Program-made: the position numbers and the translations under genes
From: Actinomycetota bacterium
GTDB lineage: Bacteria > Actinomycetota > Actinomycetes > S36-B12 > UBA5976
Reading direction: 5' to 3'
DNA length: 64,000 nt
Assembly: GCA_041192345.1 (NCBI GenBank)
Contig: JBEEND010000001.1
Span: 10,915 to 74,914, forward strand
The notes under the pieces: generated by a model
What the model saw: the letters and a program-made list of their open reading frames with translations, nothing else
Told to the model about the DNA's origin: nothing
Databases searched by the model: none
In this document: positions 40,114 to 47,120 of the stretch, in pieces
Numbering within the stretch: the stretch's first letter is position 1
Layout of the letters: each line of letters begins with the position of its first letter

Positions 40114-41169
40114 TTATTCAACTGTGGTGCCAACAACAACTTCACCGGATGCGATTTTCGCAGCAGCAGCGTCAGCGGCAGCAGCGTAATCAGCAACAGC
40201 TGGGTTGGAGCTGGAGTAACCAACGCCTTCTTTGCTTAGGTCAAAGGCCTGGATTCCAACTAGTGGAGCGCCATTAACCACGGCAGCGATTACGTCGTAT
40301 ACAGCTACGTCAACGCGCTTCAACATGGATGTCAAAATGAAATCCTTGTATTCAGCAAGAGCCGGAACGGTGTACTGATCGGAGTCAACGCCGATTGCCC
40401 AGTAACCTGCGCCTGCGGCCTTAACGGACTGGAACATTCCAAGACCGGAACCACCAGCAGCAGCGTAGATAACATCTGCGCCATTAGCGATCATGCCGTC
40501 AGTTGCAGTCTTTGCCTTTTCTGGCACGTTCCATGCAGTGTTATCGCCAGCAGGACCCATGTACTTGGAATCGATGATGATGTCAGCGTTTACTGAGCGA
40601 GCACCTTCGTTGTATCCAGCTTCAAAAGCCTTGATTAGATCGATTTCCATACCACCGATGAAGCCAATGCGACCTGACTTGGATGCGGAGGCTGCAATTA
40701 CACCTGTTAGGTATGAACCCTGCTCTGCAGCAAAGATCAATGATCCAACGTTTGGTGATTCCACAACTGAGTCAACAATTGCGAATGTTGTTTCTGGGAA
40801 CTTTGGAGCAACTGCAGCAAGTGCAGTGCTGTATGCGAATCCAATAGCGATGACTGGGTTGTATCCACCATCAGCTAAAAGAGTCAAAAGTTCTTCGCGA
40901 GCAGCATCTGTTGCGCCTGCGCCGGAGTTAACTTCCTTGATTTCAACACCAAGATCAGTCTGTGCCTTTGATAGGCCAGCAAATGCAGCATCGTTGAACG
41001 ATCCGTCACCCTTGCCGTCTTGGTCATAGGCCATTCCAACTTTTACAGTTGGGGCTGCAGCCTCTGTTGGCGCTGCACTTTCAGCTGCTGTTTCGCCACT
41101 TGATCCACATGCTGCTAGCGCCAATGACGCTACAGCTAGGACGGAGGCAAGTTTTACACCCTTCAACAC
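40114..41169 (-). CDS. BMP-family (basic membrane protein / PnrA-like) lipoprotein, nucleoside ABC substrate-binding component
   Basis: 351 aa. Lipobox LALAAC|GSS. BMP-family pattern (GFIGGM, AAGGSG). Confidence 0.85.
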   Translation of the reverse strand: MLKGVKLASVLAVASLALAACGSSGETAAESAAPTEAAAPTVKVGMAYDQDGKGDGSFNDAAFAGLSKAQTDLGVEIKEVNSGAGATDAAREELLTLLADGGYNPVIAIGFAYSTALAAVAPKFPETTFAIVDSVVESPNVGSLIFAAEQGSYLTGVIAASASKSGRIGFIGGMEIDLIKAFEAGYNEGARSVNADIIIDSKYMGPAGDNTAWNVPEKAKTATDGMIANGADVIYAAAGGSGLGMFQSVKAAGAGYWAIGVDSDQYTVPALAEYKDFILTSMLKRVDVAVYDVIAAVVNGAPLVGIQAFDLSKEGVGYSSSNPAVADYAAAADAAAAKIASGEVVVGTTVE

Positions 41170-41380
41170 GGAGGGCTCCTCTCATTTCGACGATGCGACA
41201 TTCGCATCACCAAAGAAAAGTGTACTTTGTAGGGATTTTTACCGCGCATTCACCACCCAGTAACCCAAAAGCGTGACATATCTGTGATGAACAAGAATAG
41301 ACACCTACCTCATGTGCCACATCTGCAACAAAGTTAACTCCGCTCCAAGAAATTCATGTTGAGCCAGTTAATGTTGGCAC

Positions 41381-42019
41381 GTGCGTACATTAATTACTGA
41401 TCACCCTTTGATAGCTCACAAGTTAACTGCGCTTCGCGATGAGCGAACTGATTCTCCAACTTTTCGCCGGTTAGCTGATGAGTTAGTAACACTTTTGGCT
41501 TACGAAGCCACTCGAAATATTCGGGTTGAGCCAGTTACAGTGCAAACCCCAGTTGCTCCTGCGAAAGGGGTTCGGCTCAGCGCACCTACGCCGGTTGTGA
41601 TTCCAATTTTGCGCGCGGGCCTTGGAATGCTCGATGGCATGACGCGCATTTTACCGACTTCCGAAGTTGGCTTCTTAGGAATGGTTCGCGATCATGACAC
41701 ACTGCAACCATCTACTTACGCTGATCGAATTCCTGGCGACTTAAAAGGACGACAAGTATTTTTACTTGACCCAATGTTGGCAACGGGCGGAACTTTAATT
41801 GCCGCTATTGAATTGATGCTGGAACGTGGGGCAAACCAAATCACGGCGATCTGTTTATTGTCTGCGCCAGAAGGTATCGCAGCACTTGAAAAATCTCTTG
41901 AAGGTCGCGATGTTGATGTCCTGCTGGTGACTGCAGTTGTGGACGAAAAGTTAAACGAAAAGGGCTACATAGTTCCTGGCTTGGGCGATGCCGGCGACCG
42001 CTTATTTGGCGTGGTCTAG
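41381..42019 (+). CDS. upp: uracil phosphoribosyltransferase
   Basis: 212 aa. [37 protein letters not shown] start. Confidence 0.9.
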   Translation: MRTLITDHPLIAHKLTALRDERTDSPTFRRLADELVTLLAYEATRNIRVEPVTVQTPVAPAKGVRLSAPTPVVIPILRAGLGMLDGMTRILPTSEVGFLGMVRDHDTLQPSTYADRIPGDLKGRQVFLLDPMLATGGTLIAAIELMLERGANQITAICLLSAPEGIAALEKSLEGRDVDVLLVTAVVDEKLNEKGYIVPGLGDAGDRLFGVV

Positions 42020-42109
42020 TTTTCCAATCCAAGTTTTAGTACTCGCTTTCCAATGACTGGTACCTAAAGCAAAACTGCGGGTAATTCACAATCGCGAGAG
42101 AATAAGAGC

Positions 42110-43360
42110 GTGAGCGAAATCCAAACTGATGTGCTGGTAGTTGGCGCGGGACCGGCCGGTTCTGCCGCTGCAACTTATGCTGCTCGCGCTGGTCGGGAAG
42201 TAACGCTAATTGACTCTGCAACTTTTCCGCGTGATAAGCCATGCGGTGATGGTCTAACTCCCAGAGCGATTGCTGAATTAAATGCAATTGGCTTAGAGGA
42301 TTGGTTATCAGGACGGGCGCGCAACTTAGGACTTCGCGCCGCTGGATTTGGCCAAGAATTATTACTGCCTTGGCCAGGTGGTTCTCTGCCTGATTACGGT
42401 GGCGCAGCCCCACGGCTTGAACTCGATGAACAAATTATGTGGATTGCTAAAGCAGCTGGCGCAAAAGTTTTAGAGGGTCACACCGCAACTGATGTTGTTC
42501 TTGATAGCGGCGCAATCAAATCAGTAATCGTAAAAACAGATTCTGACATTGTCACTATCCATGCAAACTCAGTGATTATCGCTGATGGTGCGCGTTCCCA
42601 ACTCGGTCGAAAACTTGGGCGGGAATGGCATCGTGATACGGCCTACGGCGTTGCAGCACGCGGTTATATAAAGAGTGAGCGTCACGACGATCCTTGGATT
42701 TCATCACACTTAGAGTTACGCGGTGATAAAAATGAAATTCTTTCTGGTTACGGTTGGATCTTTCCACTTGCAAATGGTGAAGTAAATGTTGGAGTGGGCA
42801 CACTTGCCACACATAAACGCCCGGCTGAGGTAAACCTTCGCGCATTAATGAATACCTATGCAGATCAACAACGCGAGGACTGGAAACTTTCGGGGGACAT
42901 TCGTTTGCCTTGGTCCTTCTTGTTACCAATGGGCGGGGCAGTTTCTGGAATTGCTGGAAAGAACTTCATGTTTATTGGCGACGCTGCAGGATGTGTAAAC
43001 CCACTTAACGGTGAAGGCATTGATTACGGATTAGAAACTGGCCGACTTGCCGCAGAAATGTTAGATACTGAAAAAGATTTTTCTGTTGCCTGGCCCGCGC
43101 AACTGCGTTCTCATTACGGCCTAGCATTTTCAATTGCTCGACGGCTGGCTGGATTGCTAACTGTTCCAGGTCTGTTGCCAGTTGCTGGGCCGGTTGGCAT
43201 GCGTTCAAAAACAATTATGAAACTAGCGCTTCGGGTTATGGGCAACTTAGTAACGGATGAGGACAGTGATTCGTTAGCTAGAGTCTGGCGAACTGCTGGT
43301 CGCTTATCAATGAAGTTTGATGACCGTGTGCCATTCCCAGCAGCGGATGTGCGGGTCTAG
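42110..43360 (+). CDS. geranylgeranyl reductase family FAD-dependent oxidoreductase
   Basis: 416 aa. DVLVVGAGPAGSAAA dinucleotide motif, KPCGDGL, GDAAG. GTG start. Confidence 0.8.
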   Translation: MSEIQTDVLVVGAGPAGSAAATYAARAGREVTLIDSATFPRDKPCGDGLTPRAIAELNAIGLEDWLSGRARNLGLRAAGFGQELLLPWPGGSLPDYGGAAPRLELDEQIMWIAKAAGAKVLEGHTATDVVLDSGAIKSVIVKTDSDIVTIHANSVIIADGARSQLGRKLGREWHRDTAYGVAARGYIKSERHDDPWISSHLELRGDKNEILSGYGWIFPLANGEVNVGVGTLATHKRPAEVNLRALMNTYADQQREDWKLSGDIRLPWSFLLPMGGAVSGIAGKNFMFIGDAAGCVNPLNGEGIDYGLETGRLAAEMLDTEKDFSVAWPAQLRSHYGLAFSIARRLAGLLTVPGLLPVAGPVGMRSKTIMKLALRVMGNLVTDEDSDSLARVWRTAGRLSMKFDDRVPFPAADVRV

Positions 43361-43366
43361 CTCGTA

Positions 43367-43582
43367 GTGGCAAGCAAATGTCGTTTTTGTGGAAAAAGCC
43401 TGCAGCCACCTTCGATCCGAAGAAATCCAAACTGGGGTGTTACCCAGTGGGAAAACGATACATATTGCAAAGGGTGTCTTGATCCAGAACTTCCAACTTG
43501 TCCTTTTTGTTTGAAACCGATCAGTGACTATGCAACAAATTGTTCGTATTGCGGTAGTGACTTGTTTGATGTGTCTTTTTAG
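43367..43582 (+). CDS. small double zinc-ribbon protein
   Basis: 71 aa with four Cys pairs: CRFC, CKGC, CPFC, CSYC. GTG start 6 nt after the preceding stop. Confidence 0.5.
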   Translation: MASKCRFCGKSLQPPSIRRNPNWGVTQWENDTYCKGCLDPELPTCPFCLKPISDYATNCSYCGSDLFDVSF

Positions 43583-43617
43583 AAACACTTATCATCGCAA
43601 TAAACAGCATAAAAGAA

Positions 43618-44007
43618 TCAATCAGCAAACTTCACAGCTGTCCCGCACAGAAATACAGTATTCGAATTATTGTTATTGGTTTCACTGCTTATCGTTAGTG
43701 CTACTACCCCATCAGCACCCATTCCCGCTGCATTGCGTGATAAGTCTGCACGAGCCTTAACAAAAGAGTCTCGAGTCATAGAGGAATTCGTTACTCTCAT
43801 CATTACTGTGCCTGTGCCTATCACAACGCCCAAGACTTCCGAGATTTGTTTTCCTGCAACTTCCTGAGAGGTGACAATAAACAATTTCTCAGCGGATGGG
43901 TCTCCCTTTATCTGCTCTGTCCATTGACTTCCATCCCAATAACGCAAATACGAGACATCTGAAGGATCGGAGTACCAGCCTGGATCTGGATTTGCCATAC
44001 CGCTCAC
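43618..44007 (-). CDS. DUF2510 (N-terminal) fused to a YbjQ/UPF0145-like domain
   Basis: PGWYSDPSD..LRYWDGSQWT is the DUF2510 signature. The remainder (FIVTSQEVAGKQISEVLGVVIG...GADGVVAL) resembles YbjQ_1. The likely ATG is at 43998. Confidence 0.65.
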   Translation of the reverse strand: MSGMANPDPGWYSDPSDVSYLRYWDGSQWTEQIKGDPSAEKLFIVTSQEVAGKQISEVLGVVIGTGTVMMRVTNSSMTRDSFVKARADLSRNAAGMGADGVVALTISSETNNNNSNTVFLCGTAVKFAD

Positions 44008-44358
44008 CTATACGTTTGATGGCGGAGGCAATGCGCCTAAATCAACATCCGATCGATCATATTTATTGGGTCCAGGTGTGCCTTTGCTGCATAAAAAGAA
44101 TAAATTTACAAGTGGAATTAATAGGAACCATCCGCTTCGGTCAGTGTCGTGCATGCGTCTAATACCTGCAGTAGTCAACGGGATAAACAGCGCGAGTTGT
44201 GCAATGGTCAATACGACTGAGTTGCTACTCATGAAGCTCGCCACCCCAACTACTAAAATATAGAATAAGTAGAAGTACCAATATTCAGGACGAGTCGCCC
44301 TACCTTTTCCGTCAAAATACTTTGAGAAGCAAGTCTTTACAGCGGTTACAAAATTCAT
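44008..44358 (-). CDS. DUF805 family inner-membrane protein
   Basis: 116 aa. GRATRPEYWYFYLF and IRRMHDTDRSGWFLLIPLVNL are DUF805 hallmarks. Its stop abuts the next gene. Confidence 0.7.
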   Translation of the reverse strand: MNFVTAVKTCFSKYFDGKGRATRPEYWYFYLFYILVVGVASFMSSNSVVLTIAQLALFIPLTTAGIRRMHDTDRSGWFLLIPLVNLFFLCSKGTPGPNKYDRSDVDLGALPPPSNV

Positions 44359-44656
44359 GTCATTCTCCGATCAGGAATGTATGTACTGAGTGTTGCATAT
44401 ATGCAGTGATATTGCCATGATTTGGTGACCGAATAATCTGCGCAAAACGAAGTTAGTCACGGCTCTCTCATTACTGATAGAAAGCTGTTTAGTTATAACC
44501 TCGAAATTCAAAGCAATGCCGAAATTAATTGATAAATCATAAAACGAACGCTGACTTATTGTCATACTTCTGTGTCTTCGATCCCATATAGATGGTCAAA
44601 AAAGTGGGCAAAATCAAACCACCCCTTAGATTTCTTTAAAGGGGCAGCCGTATTTA

Positions 44657-44714
44657 GCGGAGACGAGAGGAGCCATCGTTCGCTCTATTCGAGCGAACTC
44701 TTCCCAAATCCTCA
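44657..44714 (-). repeat. tRNA-Ser(GCT) 3'-end-derived hairpin element, copy A1
   Basis: Minus strand: TGAGGATTTG GGAAG A GTTCGCTC-GAATA-GAGCGAAC GATGGCT CCTCTCGTCTCCGC. The last 14 nt are identical to the T-stem 3' strand, acceptor strand and discriminator of the adjacent tRNA. Confidence 0.85.
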
Positions 44715-44733
44715 CTCGTCTATTTCCGGACAG

Positions 44734-44763
44734 ACAAAAACCCCCACCCGAAAGGGTGAGGGC
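44734..44763 (-). terminator. terminator-like hairpin between elements A2 and A1
   Basis: Minus strand: GGCCCTCACCC-TTTC-GGGTGGGGG followed by TTTTTG. Confidence 0.6.
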
Positions 44764-44827
44764 CATAATGCATTCTGCAATTAGCCAATCCGATTGCAAG
44801 TGATCGCCAGCGATCACGCAATCCGTT

Positions 44828-44880
44828 GCGGAGACGAGAGGAACCGTCGCTTGCTGGCGCAAGCTCCTCCCAAATCCTCA
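44828..44880 (-). repeat. tRNA-Ser(GCT) 3'-end-derived hairpin element, copy A2
   Basis: Minus strand: TGAGGATTTG GGAGG A GCTTGC-GCCA-GCAAGC GACGGTT CCTCTCGTCTCCGC. It has the same 14-nt tRNA-identical 3' end. Confidence 0.85.
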
Positions 44881-44892
44881 AAGCTCTTCGCA

Positions 44893-44930
44893 ACAAAAAA
44901 GGCCCCACCCATCTGGGTGGAGCCATTTTT
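44893..44930 (-). terminator. rho-independent terminator of tRNA-Ser(GCT), bidirectional in shape
   Basis: Minus strand: GGCTCCACCC-AGAT-GGGTGGGGCC followed by TTTTTT. An A-run on the other side would also allow plus-strand termination. Confidence 0.8.
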
Positions 44931-45022
44931 TGGCGGAGACGAGAGGATTTGAACCTCCGAAGGATTTGACTCCTTACCTCATTAGCAGTGAGGCGCACTC
45001 GACCGGACTATGCGACGTCTCC
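44931..45022 (-). tRNA. tRNA-Ser (anticodon GCT), CCA encoded
   Basis: Hand-folded 92 nt: GGAGACG..CCTCA-CTGCTAA-TGAGG, long variable arm AAGGAGTCAAATCCTT, GGAGG-TTCAAAT-CCTCT, CGTCTCC-G-CCA. Confidence 0.9.
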
Positions 45023-45106
45023 TTGAACCTTTAGATTAACGGGTTTAAGGGGGATTGGCGAAAATCCGCGTTTGTGCCAATCGCACTAGCCCGCAAGGAT
45101 TGGGTC

Positions 45107-45967
45107 ATGTCTAAATTCGGTGTTTCCTCTTCCGTTGCCAACCTCAAGCGCGTCGCAGTTCGCACCCCAACTCGAGATGCTGATTATCAAGTCGCGCATT
45201 GGCTAGGTGCACCAGAGGAGTTAGATCTAGACGCGCTACAAGTTGATCACGCTGCCTTTGTTGAACTCCTAAGGGAACTTGGCTGCGAAGTTGATGTGCT
45301 ACCAGAGGCACCGGGACTTGCTGATGCTTGCTTTGTTTATGACCCAGCTTTCACAACTCCTTCTGGAGTGATTCAACTACAAGGTGCAAAAGAAGCCCGT
45401 GTTAAAGAGCCGGCATTACTTGCTGGCGACATAAACGCTCTGGGTATGCCAACTGTTGGAGTATTAATTGGCGATGCCACAGCAGATGCTGGCGATATGT
45501 TTTGGCTGGACGATAGGACAGTTGCTATTGGTCGCACTTACCGAACCAATGAAGCAGGCGAAAAACAACTACGTGATATTTTTGCTGCCGAAGGCATCGA
45601 TGTAAAAACTTTTCACATGCCACATGCGATGGGTCCGGAATACTGCCTGCACCTAATGAGTGTTATCTCACCCATTCGTGATGACTTAGCTGTTGTTTAT
45701 GAGCGTGAAGCGCCAATTACTTTGTTGCAGGAACTTGCAAAGCGTGGAATTAAAACTGTTTCGGTGCCAGAGGAAGAATATATGTCACTTGCTTGCAATG
45801 TATTAGCAGTGCGTCCAGGCGTTGCTGTAATGCCATCGGGTAATCCGATTACCGCCCAGCGCCTGCGTGATGCTGGAGTTGAAGTTCACACATACAAAGC
45901 AGATGTAATAAATCGCGGCGAGGGCGGTCCGACTTGTTTGACACGCCCGTTGTGGCGCGAGAACTAA
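45107..45967 (+). CDS. amidinotransferase-fold enzyme, dimethylarginine dimethylaminohydrolase (DDAH) / arginine deiminase-like
   Basis: About 286 aa from MSKFGV. C-terminal catalytic Cys context GEGGPTCLTRPL, plus FVYDP, GRTYRTN and CLHLMS segments typical of the family. The ORF-track start at 45074 is an upstream extension. Confidence 0.75.
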   Translation: MSKFGVSSSVANLKRVAVRTPTRDADYQVAHWLGAPEELDLDALQVDHAAFVELLRELGCEVDVLPEAPGLADACFVYDPAFTTPSGVIQLQGAKEARVKEPALLAGDINALGMPTVGVLIGDATADAGDMFWLDDRTVAIGRTYRTNEAGEKQLRDIFAAEGIDVKTFHMPHAMGPEYCLHLMSVISPIRDDLAVVYEREAPITLLQELAKRGIKTVSVPEEEYMSLACNVLAVRPGVAVMPSGNPITAQRLRDAGVEVHTYKADVINRGEGGPTCLTRPLWREN

Positions 45968-46124
45968 AGCGCTGCGCAAGAAAACTTTTAGGGAAAAACT
46001 TCGGAGGGTGCGTCGGTCCCCAGATTTCTTGCCGATCCCCAGGATCGGCAGTATGAAATTGGGGACGCGAGCAGAGCGTTTGACATAAAACGTTTTCGAA
46101 GAAGCGCTGACTGTGTACAGATGT

Positions 46125-46190
46125 GGCGAGGGAGGGAACCGTCCAAATTTTCAAATCGATTCGATTTGAAAAATTTCTCCTCCCAAATCC
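46125..46190 (-). repeat. tRNA-Ser(TGA) 3'-end-derived hairpin element, copy B1
   Basis: Minus strand: GGATTTG GGAGG AG AAATTTTTCAAATC-GAATC-GATTTGAAAATTT GGACGGTT CCCTCCCTCGCC. The last 12 nt are identical to the T-stem 3' strand and acceptor strand of the adjacent tRNA-Ser(TGA). Confidence 0.85.
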
Positions 46191-46246
46191 GAGGGAGGGA
46201 CTCCACCGTTCTCGCTATTCGCGAGAACGTCTCCTCAAATCCCACC
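46190..46246 (-). repeat. tRNA-Ser(TGA) 3'-end-derived hairpin element, copy B2 (abuts B1)
   Basis: Minus strand: GGTGGGATTTG AGGAG AC GTTCTCGC-GAATA-GCGAGAAC GGTGGAGT CCCTCCCTCG. The truncated acceptor copy runs straight into the 5' motif of B1. Confidence 0.8.
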
Positions 46247-46257
46247 TCACACTGCAA

Positions 46258-46297
46258 GAAAAAAAGTAGGCCCCCGAATGGGGACCTACTTTTTTAC
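46258..46297 (-). terminator. rho-independent terminator of tRNA-Ser(TGA)
   Basis: Minus strand: GTAGGTCCCC-ATTC-GGGGGCCTAC followed by TTTTTTT. Confidence 0.8.
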
Positions 46298-46299
46298 TG

Positions 46300-46386
46300 C
46301 GGCGAGGGAGGGATTTGAACCCCCGGAGGCTTTTACACCTCAGACGCTTTCAAGGCGCCCGCATTCGGCCGCTCTGCCACCTCGCC
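46300..46386 (-). tRNA. tRNA-Ser (anticodon TGA), CCA not encoded
   Basis: Hand-folded 87 nt: GGCGAGG..GGCGC-CTTGAAA-GCGTC, long variable arm, GGGGG-TTCAAAT-CCCTC, CCTCGCC-G. Confidence 0.9.
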
Positions 46387-46499
46387 AAATCGTTTTAAAA
46401 ACGATCAAACGTAAGGTTACGCGAGAATTGAACTGTAGTGAAACCCGCTTAATGGCGTAGGCTTTTGCCACTAGCAATTCCCTAAAAGGAGCAAAACTG

Positions 46500-47120
46500 A
46501 TGGCAAAACAGGTTCGCCAAATTACGCCACCAGCAATTCGAATTTGGCTAGTCGGAATCGGCGCCACTTCGCTAGCATCGGGCGCAAATGTTGGCTGGTT
46601 ATGGCTATGCACCAATGTTTTTAACATGAAAGTTTTGGTTCCTACCGGATTCCAAAGCACGACATATGTTGAAGCCACAGTATTGCGGATCGCCATTGCT
46701 ACAGCCATTGCGGGATTACTTGCCACGGTTATTGCCGTAGTTCTGAGCAAGCTTCTTATTGGGCCTCGTATTTGGTTTTTAGTAAGTGGTTTAGCGGTTG
46801 GCCTGGCATCTATCTATGGCGCAGTCACACTGCCAGATATTTCTCTCTCCGTGAAGTTTTCGCTAAGCGTTATGCACATTCTTGCCACTGGCTTCATTGT
46901 GCTGCCAATTGCTGAGGCACTAAAAATTCGTGAATCTGATTTACATCGCGCTGATCTTAAGTACCACGAACATTTTGATAATAAAAATGCTGCTGATGCG
47001 GGAGTAGTTACAACCTCAACTGCTGGCACGCATACTTCGAATGACACTGTTCAAGATATGAATCAGACCCAAGTTATTCCACTTGATTCCCAAGATGGTG
47101 GAACTTCAAGTTCAGATTAA
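46500..47120 (+). CDS. hypothetical membrane protein (about 4 TM helices, Ser/Thr/Asp-rich C-terminal tail)
   Basis: 206 aa. RBS AAAGGAG upstream. Four hydrophobic helices, then a polar tail. I recognise no family with confidence. Confidence 0.55.
   Translation: MAKQVRQITPPAIRIWLVGIGATSLASGANVGWLWLCTNVFNMKVLVPTGFQSTTYVEATVLRIAIATAIAGLLATVIAVVLSKLLIGPRIWFLVSGLAVGLASIYGAVTLPDISLSVKFSLSVMHILATGFIVLPIAEALKIRESDLHRADLKYHEHFDNKNAADAGVVTTSTAGTHTSNDTVQDMNQTQVIPLDSQDGGTSSSD

Noticed and set aside
42036-42413. 125-aa minus-strand ORF overlapping the start of the geranylgeranyl-reductase-family gene. Similarly 42576-42929, 43005-43214 and 43307-43588.
   Set aside because: They are antisense to a gene with a clear FAD-binding motif. 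Their products are Gln/His/Arg-rich and low-complexity.
44371-44565. 64-aa minus-strand ORF between the DUF805 gene and element A1.
   Set aside because: It is AT-rich, has no convincing RBS, has no recognisable domain or hydrophobic helix pattern, and could equally be a promoter/UTR region. The support is not enough to call it.
44626-44998. Minus-strand ORFs of 78 aa (44626-44862) and 92 aa (44720-44998) running through the tRNA-Ser(GCT)-derived elements. They contain repeated PLVSA peptides.
   Set aside because: They read straight through two terminator hairpins and into the tRNA gene. The peptide repeat merely reflects the repeated acceptor-stem DNA. They have no RBS or start context, so I treat them as non-coding.
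46003-46062. An imperfect long hairpin with C-rich loop segments, considered as a 6C-type actinobacterial sRNA.
   Set aside because: It lacks the two hairpins with CCCC-rich loops that are characteristic of 6C RNA. It is better explained as the distal terminator/stem closing the tRNA-Ser(TGA) repeat array and the convergent DDAH-like gene.
44657-46246. Whether the repeated hairpin units could be a small CRISPR array.
   Set aside because: There are only two copies per locus. The repeats are tRNA-derived and differ between loci. The spacers contain terminators. No cas genes are present.
45849-46750. A set of overlapping small ORFs (45849-46154, 45988-46257, 46121-46318, 46278-46460, 46340-46750) around tRNA-Ser(TGA).
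   Set aside because: They overlap the tRNA, its terminator, the repeat elements, or the well-formed plus-strand membrane-protein gene. Their sequences are low-complexity with no motifs.
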